A stretch of 64,000 nucleotides of DNA from positions 940,421 to 1,004,420 of the forward strand of contig JAHDYR010000062.1 in assembly GCA_019828565.1 (NCBI GenBank), given 5' to 3'. The notes beneath the pieces are model-generated. The model was not told the origin of the DNA. It did not search any database and was given only the letters and a program-made list of their open reading frames with translations. This DNA comes from Carpediemonas membranifera BICM. Its lineage: Eukaryota > Protista > Fornicata. The stretch's first letter is position 1. Each line of letters opens with the position of its first letter. Below are positions 31,866 to 41,529 of the stretch, piece after piece. Made by a program: the position numbers and the translations under genes.

Positions 31866-33272
31866 ATGCTGTTGCTCGTGCTAACAGCTGTTAGCGTGGT
31901 AGCGCTTCTCTCAGTGATGTTCTTTCTCTATCTCATGATTGATATGCCCTCCGGCTGCGGCCAGTACCTCCTTGATCGCGGACTTGACGCCACTGCGTAC
32001 GGCGTGCTGTCATCGATCTACGGATGGGTCAATTGCGTTCTTCCGCTATTCGCTGGCCTCATGCTCGACGTGATTGGCCGCACGAAATCATACATCATCT
32101 TCACTGCTTGCATTGGGAGCGGCACACTGCTCTTCCTGCTCGGCACAGCGACCCTCGACGCGCCCTTCCACTTCTCTCCGATGGCGGCCTTCGTGGTCAT
32201 GTCGGTGGGTAGACTCGTTTTCGCTGTTGGGGGCGACTCCGCCGTCTGCGCCAATGATACGATGCTCACAGCACTGCTGCCCCCTGCAGTTGTTGCCACC
32301 TCGATCACCATCTCGATTACGATATGCAGGGGCGGCTCAGTGGTCAGCATGAACGCGGTGCCGCTGCTGATCGACCAGGTCGGGCTGGGGCCGTCCATGT
32401 ACGTCGTCATGACCCTGCTGCTGCCCTTCACAGTCGCAGTCACCGCAGCCAGCATCCTTGGACTCACTGCCATCCATCTCCGCCGCGACCATATCGTGTG
32501 TGTCGTTGAGGACGGGGTCGCCGCGCTACCCGACGAGACCCCGCCCGAGACGGCCGAGGCCCCGACTCTGGCCCCGGCCCCACTGCTATACAGGGCCCGG
32601 GGGGCCGTGAGCATCCCCACCGTCGGGCTGCTACTGGCCCTCATGTGTCTGCCGTCCGTGGGGCTCACGTCCTTCGGGTGGATGGCCGTTGGTCAGGTCG
32701 TCCTCGTCGCGAGGTCTGGGTTGGATGCCGACGTCGCCGCGAGACTCGCCTCGATCTCGGGGCTAATTTCGATGACCGCGCCGCTCTGGGCATTCTTCAT
32801 CGACCGCTTCCGCAAGCAGCTGGTACTCATGCTGCTCTCCGGCGTGCTGTCGCTCGCGGCGTTCACCCTCCTCCTCATCCCGGACAGCCCGCCGCTGCTC
32901 TCCATGGTCCTCCAGGGCGTCGCCTTCTCCATCGCCTCGCCGTGCTGCTGGTCGTCTGTGCCCCTCTGCATCCGGGAGCAGAAGTTTGGCGTCGTCTTCG
33001 GGCTCCTCTCGTGCACCCTCAACCTGGGCCTTGGCCTCACCGCCCTCGTCGCCCCCGCGCTGATGACGCTGAACTGGGTACTCTCGATCGCCTGGTTCAT
33101 CGCCTGCTCGCTGTTCACACTCGTCGCCGTCGTGTTCTTCATCGTCTACGACTTCCGCTACAACCACGGCCGGCTGTGGAGCACGAAGGCCGACCGCCCC
33201 AAGACAACCCGACCCCCCACGCCGAGGGCCTACCCTGAAGTCACTGGGGGCGAGCTGGGCCAGTGGGAGTGA
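31866..33272 (+). CDS. Major facilitator superfamily transporter (MFSD1-like)
   Basis: About 12 hydrophobic segments; 'AGLMLDVIGR', 'GRLVFAVGGD', 'FFIDRFRK'. Confidence 0.88.
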   Translation: MLLLVLTAVSVVALLSVMFFLYLMIDMPSGCGQYLLDRGLDATAYGVLSSIYGWVNCVLPLFAGLMLDVIGRTKSYIIFTACIGSGTLLFLLGTATLDAPFHFSPMAAFVVMSVGRLVFAVGGDSAVCANDTMLTALLPPAVVATSITISITICRGGSVVSMNAVPLLIDQVGLGPSMYVVMTLLLPFTVAVTAASILGLTAIHLRRDHIVCVVEDGVAALPDETPPETAEAPTLAPAPLLYRARGAVSIPTVGLLLALMCLPSVGLTSFGWMAVGQVVLVARSGLDADVAARLASISGLISMTAPLWAFFIDRFRKQLVLMLLSGVLSLAAFTLLLIPDSPPLLSMVLQGVAFSIASPCCWSSVPLCIREQKFGVVFGLLSCTLNLGLGLTALVAPALMTLNWVLSIAWFIACSLFTLVAVVFFIVYDFRYNHGRLWSTKADRPKTTRPPTPRAYPEVTGGELGQWE

Positions 33273-33719
33273 TCCTCATTCATCGGTTCTAGTATCATAA
33301 ATGGCACGCTGTCGAGCTTATCCGGGAGGACGACGGCAAGGGCGGCCAGACCGAGACGCGCACGCTCATAGGCATGCACGACGACGACGCCGCCAAGTTC
33401 GACGACGACTGGGCTGCGGCGGCGCGCGGCCTCCCTGTCATCGGGCGCCACGGCTTCCGCCGCATGCTCGAGAACAGCAGGGCGTAGAGTAAATGAGTAG
33501 TTCGTGAGTTGGGTGGGTTCGCAGGTCGCTGGTGCGGCGGGGCGCAGCCGATGGCGGTGTGATCGCTGGGTCAATACCGGCCTGGGTGACTTCAGAAGGT
33601 GGAAGAGAGACTCCACTCTGGCATTTACTACGGCGCGACTCCAAGTCGTCGGCGCGGGTGCCTGGCAGATGCCGGGGCGGGTGTTTTTCCTTTGTACAGT
33701 GTGATGGTTTGGTGAGTGC

Positions 33720-34315
33720 TTAGGTGGCATAACCGTTGAGCATCTTGTTGTCGCCACGGATGCGGCGGGCGAGTGTCATGTCCTTCTCCATAATTGTGAC
33801 CCGTCCAGCGTGGATCGCGAGCAAGTTGGTGTCCTCAAACAGACCGACCAGATAGCACTCAGCGGCCTCCTGGAGGGCGTCGAGGGCGGGACGCTGGAAG
33901 CGCAGGTCGAGGGCGATGTTCTGCGAGATCTCGCGGACCAGGCGCTGGAAGGGCGCCCTCGCGATGAGCAGGTTGGTTGTCTTCTGAAGGGAGCGGATCT
34001 CGCCGAGGGCGCGGGCACCAGGGCGGCGGCGGCGGGTGTGGGTACGCTCAGCGACGGCGGCGGTCTTGCGAGCGGCCTTCTTGGCCAGCTGCTTGCGGGG
34101 TGCCTTGCCACCAGCGCTGAGGGGGTTCTTACGAGCAGTCTGCTTTGTACGAGCCTGTGTGAGAAGGAAGCAGCTGGAAGTCAAGTGAAGAAGAAGCCTT
34201 GAGATGTTCGCAATTTCAATGCTTCAATTGAGCAGAGAACTTGTTAGTTCTCATACTGATGAACCGTTGGATGAGGTCATGGCTTCGACTGCAACGACTG
34301 TGGTGAACAAACCAT
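33720..34315 (-). CDS. H3: Histone H3 variant; intron 34155-34312 directly after the ATG (start model uncertain)
   Basis: 'ARTKQTARK', '[10 protein letters not shown]', 'PFQRLVREI', '[25 protein letters not shown]'. Acceptor CTCACACAG precedes Ala1; ATG|GTTTGT at 34315. Confidence 0.9.
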
Positions 34316-34817
34316 CGATGAATCGGTCTATCGCAAATTCGACACAAGGGTGTCGTCTTGTTTTTTGAGCCAAATGCAGGGCGACTCCAAACCAAGTCAC
34401 CAGAACGCAGGATAAGACACCCTCATGGGGGCCATCATGTCGCGAAAACAAGTGCCGATTTTATGGGTTCGTTAGTTCTTATTGACGACATTATAGCGTT
34501 ATTGCGAGTTTGAGATCCGATGGACTGCTAGAACCTCCGTTTGCGGATGCCGAATGGGCGGTATCGTGCTGATGGAGTTGAACCGACGCAATGAGCTGTG
34601 TTGTATTGTAAATCTTCCCGTACTTGCCTGAAGAAACTAGGTCTCTCCTGGATCCTGAGTTCTGTCGTCCGGAACCTTAATCTGCACCGATGAGGGAACG
34701 CCCGAGCCACACGTAATACAGGCCATGCACCACCACCATCCAGTCTCTACTAGCGCCATTGCTGTCCAATCATTCCGTGCATCGACTGTATCCTGTCCCG
34801 CCGACCCCAACTCGCAG

Positions 34818-35180
34818 ATGGCGCCAAAACCCATCGACCAGTCCACATACGTCCCCAAGCAGGTTGATTCCACAACCGCGAACTATACTGAGGTGCATCA
34901 TCGCCAATTCATTGCCGAAAGCGCCCGGGAGCAAGAGCGGATCGCTGAATTGACGATGAAGAAGCGCCTGCAGGAAGCGGAGCAAGCACGGCTCAAAAGA
35001 GTCACCGAACGCAATGATGCACTCAGTAAGAAGACCGCCAAGAAGGCCGCTCGCCGTGCAAAGCGCAAGCAGGCCAAGGGAGCGGCAAATGGTCAAGTCT
35101 CATCGGCAGCCAAGACTTCAGCCGATCCCGCAGAGGACAGCGGCGCCGCGGCCGAGCAGAAGACCACTGAGGTGAAATAG
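34818..35180 (+). CDS. PRKRIP1/DUF1168-like basic coiled-coil protein
   Basis: 'EVHHRQF...REQERIAEL...KKTAKKAARRAKRKQAK'. Confidence 0.55.
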   Translation: MAPKPIDQSTYVPKQVDSTTANYTEVHHRQFIAESAREQERIAELTMKKRLQEAEQARLKRVTERNDALSKKTAKKAARRAKRKQAKGAANGQVSSAAKTSADPAEDSGAAAEQKTTEVK

Positions 35181-35333
35181 CGGGCCTTGACTAGCTGCGG
35201 CACCGACTGCGGACTCGGTGAGTCATGACATGCACACGCAAACACCGAGGAGGAACCCGCTCTAACGAGGAAATAGAAACGTACAAACCATCCATTTACC
35301 ACTATTACCGCATCTACCATTATCTGTATCATT

Positions 35334-36788
35334 ATGAACCCTTCTTCGAGCGATGCCCCGTCAGTCACGCCCTCCTACTACTCTCCGCCGTATGACGACA
35401 CACAGAGCAGCTCTGAGCCGCGTAGCGAGCCGCAGTTGTTACGGCGGACACTGCGCCGCCACCTTCCTCGCCTCCCCCGCCTGCGAACGCCCCGCCTGGT
35501 CCCCCGCAACCCACACCCGACGCTCGTGCTCGTTCAGGGCCCCAGCCTCGAAGCCTCCACCGAGCCCAATCCGCCCAAGCTGATCTTTGCGGGCCGAGCT
35601 GTGTTGCTGAGCGCGCCCCTCTTCCTTGTCGTCGGCACTCTGTGGGAGGCGCTTGTCTTCTATCTGTACATTCCCCTCGGCAGCACGGGGACCACCCTGT
35701 ACGAGGTGTGGTACGGCAACGCGCTGGGCTACTACTCCGTGTTCTCGCTGTTTCAGCTCAACTACTTCTCCTGGGGCATGGGTCACGACCGGCCCTTCAG
35801 CCAGTGGGGCCTGGCTCTATTGGGGCTCGGGCGGCACGGCATCAGTTGGTTCCTGGGCTTCAGCGCGACAGCCGTGGTCGAGCTGGCTCTGGACGTAGCC
35901 GGGGTCCCCGCTGAGTTCAAGGCCGGCTTTCACTTCTCCCTGATGTACTCGATCTACGCCTTCTCCTCCCTCTCCCCGACGTACTTCGACGGCCGGCTGG
36001 ACGGGTGGATCTCCTTCCCCCCGCTGCGGCTGCTGTTGTGGGTCCCGGGAATCATCCTCGGCGTGGTGGTGCTGTGGTGGCTCGTCCCCCTCGGCTTCAG
36101 GCTCAGCATGGAGGGCTACGACATGGACAGATTCAACGCCGCCCAGGCGCTGTGCCAGTGGTGGCTTGCAGTAGGCCTCTTCGTCGGGCTGCACCTGAAC
36201 GATCTCATCACCGACGCCAAGGCGCTGGGCGACGTCGACCCGGGGATGAGCGTACTCTCCCTCGGCATCTTCAAGCTGAGCATGGCGCTCGGTCTGGGCA
36301 CCGTCTTCTGCTGCCTGACCTACCTTGCCCTCCTCAGGGCATTCCCCGCGGCGACGCCCTCCGAGGCGTGGATTTATACCCTGGCAGTCGGGTCATTCTT
36401 CCTCTACCCCAACATCCAGATCTCGACGTACTCATACAACTATGCCGCGGTGGACAGCCCGATGTTCCGTCTGGCGATGCGGTTGACCTCTGTAATCGTC
36501 GGCGCGGCCTTGTTCTTCTCCCTGCAGTCGGCTTTGATGTCGACGGGCATCTTCAACCCAGACTTCGATCCCATTTATTTGAGGATGCCCGTAACAACCC
36601 AGCTCAACTTTACCATCGGCAACATTGGTCTCACCCACTTCGGGTTCAGCGGCGGATACGGCTTCTTCTACCAGCCCGCCGCCCCTGAGCATCTCACCCA
36701 TCTCGTGCGAACCCATCACCGAGTGGACGTCGAGCCAGGGTCACCGTGGCGACGGCCTGCGGACTTACAGTCGCCGCAGTCTGTGTAG
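35334..36788 (+). CDS. Multi-pass membrane protein, function unknown
   Basis: About 10 hydrophobic segments; strong codon bias. Confidence 0.75.
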   Translation: MNPSSSDAPSVTPSYYSPPYDDTQSSSEPRSEPQLLRRTLRRHLPRLPRLRTPRLVPRNPHPTLVLVQGPSLEASTEPNPPKLIFAGRAVLLSAPLFLVVGTLWEALVFYLYIPLGSTGTTLYEVWYGNALGYYSVFSLFQLNYFSWGMGHDRPFSQWGLALLGLGRHGISWFLGFSATAVVELALDVAGVPAEFKAGFHFSLMYSIYAFSSLSPTYFDGRLDGWISFPPLRLLLWVPGIILGVVVLWWLVPLGFRLSMEGYDMDRFNAAQALCQWWLAVGLFVGLHLNDLITDAKALGDVDPGMSVLSLGIFKLSMALGLGTVFCCLTYLALLRAFPAATPSEAWIYTLAVGSFFLYPNIQISTYSYNYAAVDSPMFRLAMRLTSVIVGAALFFSLQSALMSTGIFNPDFDPIYLRMPVTTQLNFTIGNIGLTHFGFSGGYGFFYQPAAPEHLTHLVRTHHRVDVEPGSPWRRPADLQSPQSV

Positions 36789-36810
36789 CCATCCATACTT
36801 TACACTAAAC

Positions 36811-39081
36811 TCAATCGGAGTCGCTATCATGGTACCTTCCGGTCTGCATGTGCTGCAGCTTGCCCCAGTTGTAGTCCTCTGTCTCACAAAGGGGGACGCG
36901 GTCGATGTCGTGGGGCTTGAAGAAGAAGACCTTCACAGCCACGCGGATGCCACCAGCCAGACACAGGCACCAGCAGACGCAGTTGGGGACACAGCAACCG
37001 ACACAGCAGCAACACGCGATGCAGCCGACCACACCTGCGACGATCCCGACAACGAGCGACCAGCTGATCGACTTTGCCGTTGTGTCGTCCGGATGGAACG
37101 TCGCCACAACCGTGCCGTCCCAGTAGGCGACGGTGTCGCCATGGGCCAGGACGCAGACCATCCCGCGGTACATGTACGGAAGGTACTGGGCGCCGTCGAC
37201 GGTGATGTTGACCTTTTCAGTGTCACCGAATTCGGCCCCGACGACGCCGAGGCACGTTTGCGGAAGGAGGATGGAAGTGAGTGTGGTCTGGATGTGCGGC
37301 CCGATAGCCTTGATCTCGGCGACACCGATCTCCCGGGCATATTGGCACTGCGCCACGTCGTCCGGTGTTGTTACGACCACGGCGGTCAGGGGGACGGTCG
37401 CGTGGAGTACAGCCGCCTTGGTCGCACAGACGGTGTCCTCGGCGATGAGGATGGCAGTAGTGCCGTTGATGGTTACTGGGCGGGTGTCCCAATCGTTGTG
37501 GCCGACGTTCACGGCCACTGTCTTGCTCGACCCCTCCACGTAGACCTTGATCTGGTGCTGGCCGGCAAACACGGCGGTCGGCCCGCCGTCGACCACGGGC
37601 ACGATCGCCGTCCTTCCAGTGTACTGCCCGCCGAAGCGGACGAGGTGGCAGGGGAACAGCGCTTCCGAGCTCGCCTTGTTGCCGACGAAAAGGGCGTGAG
37701 TAATCGGCTTGGCCATCACGCCCTCGTCGACTACGAGTAGCGTCTTATTGTCTATCACAGGCACTGTAGGCATCCAGGCGAGGCACTTGGCGTGCGGCTT
37801 CCCGTCGGTCGGCGTCGAGTAGAGTCCGGGGCACGTCGTGCACGTCTCGTAGCCCCCGAACGAGTCGTAGTACGTCCCACCGTCACAGGGGTCTTGTCTC
37901 GTCTTGTCGGGGTCGGCAACGTACCCGGGGCTGGCATAGCTGCAGCCGACGGCCCCGGCCCCGCTGAACTTACCCGGTGGGCATGGGGTGCAGCCCGTGG
38001 TGGTCCACTGTGTTCCGGTGGGGCAGGTGCTCGTGGCCTTGAAGACAGAGGATTTGTCGGCGCTGACGGCAGACGTCACGGAGACGAAGCTCGTGCCGAC
38101 GGCGACGGCATGCCCGGCGCCGTCCTGGCTGAGGCTGGCGACTGGTGTGAGTGCGGTCGGACCCACGGCATAGAGCCCGACTGAGCCAGAGCCCTCGTGA
38201 CCGGCAATCAGCTTGGCATCTCTGATGTCGATGGCCGTGGCGGCCTTTGCGACGGACGCCTGCACGCCCCAGGTCGACCCGGCGAGGGAGTATACCGCGG
38301 TGGCGCTGTTGGAGGCCACGGCGAGAGTGGGGACCGTGCTGACAAAATCACAGGACATGGCGAGCCCAAGCCCGTCGCCCACGGACCCCGCCAACGTCTG
38401 CTCGATGTGCCAGGCATTCGACTCGTCCATACCGAAGGACAGCACCGCTCCGGGCTTAGTCTGGCTTCCGGGCGCCCCTACGACGACCTTGCCGCCACAC
38501 ACACCCACCGCCGACCCGAACTTGCCGACTGTGACGGGAGGCTGAAGGGTCGCGAGGTACTTGAACGCGCCCTTGGACGTGATCGAGAAGACGTGCACCA
38601 GGCCATAGCCTGCCTCTGGCTCGGATACGGCGACGAGGCCGTTGGACAGGGCAACATGGCTCCCGAAGCGGCCCACCTGGGCGGTGGGGGGCTGGAGGGT
38701 TCTGACCGGGGTGATGTCGGCGGAAAGGGTGAATGCATACACTACACCCGAGCCTGCGTTGGCACCGGGGGCACCAACTAGCAGATACTTGTCAGTGGCG
38801 GCCAGTGCGGCACCAAAGAGGGTGGACGCCATGGGCGTCGCCGCAGAGATCTTGAGGAGCGGCTCAAAGCTAGTTGAGAGCACGAACACAAGCCCTGCGT
38901 TCAGTTTAGTGTCAACAGCACTGTACGGAGCACTGATGAAGACGTATTGTTTGTTCGGCTCGCTAATGGCCATGGAGAAGCCGAACTGGCCATCACTAGC
39001 CACCTGCTCAATGTCTGTGATGTTAGTAAGCGATAATGACGCCAAAACGACGCCAATTACGGCGAGAAGCGGACCAAGCAT
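36811..39081 (-). CDS. Type I membrane protein: signal peptide, FG-GAP (integrin-alpha-like) propeller, Cys-rich repeats, TM, Cys-rich tail
   Basis: Repeats 'FGFSMA..ISAP', 'FGAALA..VGAP', 'FGSAVG..VGAP'; 'CTPCPPGKFS', 'CTTCPG'; TM followed by 'CIACCCCVGCC'. Confidence 0.85.
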   Translation of the reverse strand: MLGPLLAVIGVVLASLSLTNITDIEQVASDGQFGFSMAISEPNKQYVFISAPYSAVDTKLNAGLVFVLSTSFEPLLKISAATPMASTLFGAALAATDKYLLVGAPGANAGSGVVYAFTLSADITPVRTLQPPTAQVGRFGSHVALSNGLVAVSEPEAGYGLVHVFSITSKGAFKYLATLQPPVTVGKFGSAVGVCGGKVVVGAPGSQTKPGAVLSFGMDESNAWHIEQTLAGSVGDGLGLAMSCDFVSTVPTLAVASNSATAVYSLAGSTWGVQASVAKAATAIDIRDAKLIAGHEGSGSVGLYAVGPTALTPVASLSQDGAGHAVAVGTSFVSVTSAVSADKSSVFKATSTCPTGTQWTTTGCTPCPPGKFSGAGAVGCSYASPGYVADPDKTRQDPCDGGTYYDSFGGYETCTTCPGLYSTPTDGKPHAKCLAWMPTVPVIDNKTLLVVDEGVMAKPITHALFVGNKASSEALFPCHLVRFGGQYTGRTAIVPVVDGGPTAVFAGQHQIKVYVEGSSKTVAVNVGHNDWDTRPVTINGTTAILIAEDTVCATKAAVLHATVPLTAVVVTTPDDVAQCQYAREIGVAEIKAIGPHIQTTLTSILLPQTCLGVVGAEFGDTEKVNITVDGAQYLPYMYRGMVCVLAHGDTVAYWDGTVVATFHPDDTTAKSISWSLVVGIVAGVVGCIACCCCVGCCVPNCVCWCLCLAGGIRVAVKVFFFKPHDIDRVPLCETEDYNWGKLQHMQTGRYHDSDSD

Positions 39082-39205
39082 GTGGTCGTGTCGATCTCCG
39101 AATGGGGCAACAACCCAGAGACCGCAGCACAGAGCCTCGGCTGCTCAATTTACATGTATATACGGTATATTCCAGGCACACGGGTCCATTCATCCCCCAG
39201 CGGCC

Positions 39206-39875
39206 CTATATCGTCCCGTCCTGGTCAAGTGGCTGGGACGCCATGGCGCGGTCCATGATCGCCTGGATGATCTCATTATCATCGTATATCCAGCACCGGT
39301 GCTTCATCTTCATCATGCACTGCTTCCTATCCGCGGACAGGTCGATGTGGGCCTCGGCTGACGGGGGAAAGACGACGACCATGAACGGCAGCGCCAGGTT
39401 ATCGTCGGACTGGGTGACGAAGTCCGTCATGGCGTAGTCGGACACCCACCGCAGCATGTTGTGCTGCCGTTTGATGTCCTCGAGCTCTTTCCTGCGTTCC
39501 TTGATGCGGCGCTTGATGGCGTCGGCCTCACTGTCCGCCGAGAGGGGGAGGGACGCGTGCCCGCTGTCCAGCAGCCATGTTATCTCCCGGCTGTCCTTCT
39601 GGGCATATCCCAGTGAGGTGAAGACGTTGAGGGCGTCGTAGATTCGCCGCTGCAGGTTCTTGTCCGTGAGCAAAACCTCTTCGCCGACTTTCGCTGCGTT
39701 GATCTCTTCCACAAGCGTTCTGATGATCTGGATAATGATGTAGCGGGTTTGTACAAACGTCTGGGACAGAAATACGCCTGTGCTCCTCCAAAATTTGGCG
39801 AATTCGGTGACTAACATGCGACAAGCTCTTCAGATGAGAAGTTTTCACCCTTGTTGTCTTTTGTTCTGTGGACAT
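39206..39875 (-). CDS. E2F dimerisation partner (DP)-family transcription factor; intron 39728-39758
   Basis: 'KNLQRRIYDALNVF...KDSREITW', coiled coil 'RIKERRKELED', 'LALPFMVV'. A 31-nt GTTTGT...ATTATCCAG intron joins exon 1. Confidence 0.85.
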
Positions 39876-40071
39876 CGTGCTCACGCGGATTGACGCCTTT
39901 CAAACTCCGACGCTGTTCGCCGTCACGAAGCCCAATTTCTTAACCTGCGGAAACACGCTAACAGGTCTAACCAGGTAAGACAACCAGCAAGGTGGGTAGA
40001 GCACACCACCGAGGACTATATGCGGCCTGGTGTGAAGAATTGATTCGTCAGATCTGACCATCACAAACGAC

Positions 40072-41286
40072 ATGACAGGGGACACAACGGTGATCAAGGT
40101 CCATGAGGTCCTAGGCTTCCTGCACACAAAGTGGCCACATTTCGTGATATTTCACATGCTCCCATGCTGCTCGTCGGCGCCCGCGGTCCGTGCGGCGCAG
40201 GTCCGGGACTGTTACATGCTCACCTCCCTCCCAGTGACCGTCTCAGACGAACCAGGGGCAGATCTCTGGGACTCCTTTGTCTCACAGAACCTACCATCGA
40301 AGGATCCTGCCGACAACCACTCCTCGGTGATCTCTCTCGACCTGTCCGTCATCGTGCGCCATGTAGCCCATCTCAACTTCCTGCTCTATATGGATGACGT
40401 AGACATGACCCTTATGACCGCGTTCGCCGATGCCCTCACTTCACACGGGGCCCTTGGCGTGGCTGTGGCGGCCAGTCCATCGGCCGAGCTGTACCACCAC
40501 AACCCAGTGCTGGTGTTCAGTCGGCGGGACATCATCAAGCAGAGGTTCAGGAGGCAGTGCAAGAGACACAAGCCCGACACCCCAATGGTACGGTCCCACG
40601 TCAAGTTCGACCCGACCCAGCCAAGCATGGTGGAGGACGGCCTCTTCATCGGCCCCGAGGACGTTAGCGAGGAGATCGTGCGGGAGCTGGGGATCACTAC
40701 TATCATCGACGTTCGGAGTGAGGAGGAGCGGTCCGCAATGCCAGGGCACAAGGGCGCAGTACACATGCCGCTCTTCGACTCGATGACGCAGGGCATCACA
40801 GACACCGTCGTGGCTGTGCATGACATCATCGCCAAGTCATCTGGCGCAGTGCTGGTCCACTGTGTCCAGGGAAGGTCCAGGTCGGCGGCCATGATCCTGG
40901 GCCACCTCATGCTGGCCGGGCGGACACTCAGACAGGCGTGGGCGATATTGTTGCAGACCCACCCCATCACCCGCCCGAATATCGGCTTCTGGTCGGACCT
41001 GATCTCGATGGAGACGATCAGGGCTGGGTCCCCCACTGTGTCCATCGCAGAGGTCCTCGGGTCTGGCGAGGGGCAGCGGGCAGGTACAGCACTCAGCGGG
41101 GCAGAGACGGAGAGGATGGTGCTCGACCTCCTGACCTGGAACCGGCCGGTCCCGCCCGACCTGCTCGACGCCATCGAGTCGAAGCAGTTCCCCTCGGTCT
41201 TGGGCGAGTTCGTCCGGGGCGTGGAGCTCAGACGGGCGCAGGGGATATGGGGGCCCGCCTCCATGCTACAGCGGTGGTTCAATTGA
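40072..41286 (+). CDS. Dual-specificity protein phosphatase (start may be 40156)
   Basis: 'GLFIG', 'LGITTIID', 'VLVHCVQGRSRSA', 'RPNIGF'. Confidence 0.9.
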   Translation: MTGDTTVIKVHEVLGFLHTKWPHFVIFHMLPCCSSAPAVRAAQVRDCYMLTSLPVTVSDEPGADLWDSFVSQNLPSKDPADNHSSVISLDLSVIVRHVAHLNFLLYMDDVDMTLMTAFADALTSHGALGVAVAASPSAELYHHNPVLVFSRRDIIKQRFRRQCKRHKPDTPMVRSHVKFDPTQPSMVEDGLFIGPEDVSEEIVRELGITTIIDVRSEEERSAMPGHKGAVHMPLFDSMTQGITDTVVAVHDIIAKSSGAVLVHCVQGRSRSAAMILGHLMLAGRTLRQAWAILLQTHPITRPNIGFWSDLISMETIRAGSPTVSIAEVLGSGEGQRAGTALSGAETERMVLDLLTWNRPVPPDLLDAIESKQFPSVLGEFVRGVELRRAQGIWGPASMLQRWFN

Positions 41287-41529
41287 TTGCAGCGACGCTC
41301 GCTTGGCCATATTATCATGTTAAAGTCCCTTGTTTTCCGGTGGTGAGCGGATCAATTTGGTGAATGGGGACAGCATGCTTAGTTATGGTCTTGCAACCCT
41401 CTTGATGCGTTTCCGATGATCCGATGATATTCATTCCGGATTTGATCGATTTATATAGGGGCCTGACACGCCATAAATGGATTGAGACACAACACAAAGC
41501 CAAACCCCTTTGGCCTTACCCTTGCTCCT

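Noticed and set aside
33720-34154. H3 variant as CenH3
   Set aside because: Retains Q68, F84, T107, canonical loop-1 length and an H3-like tail.
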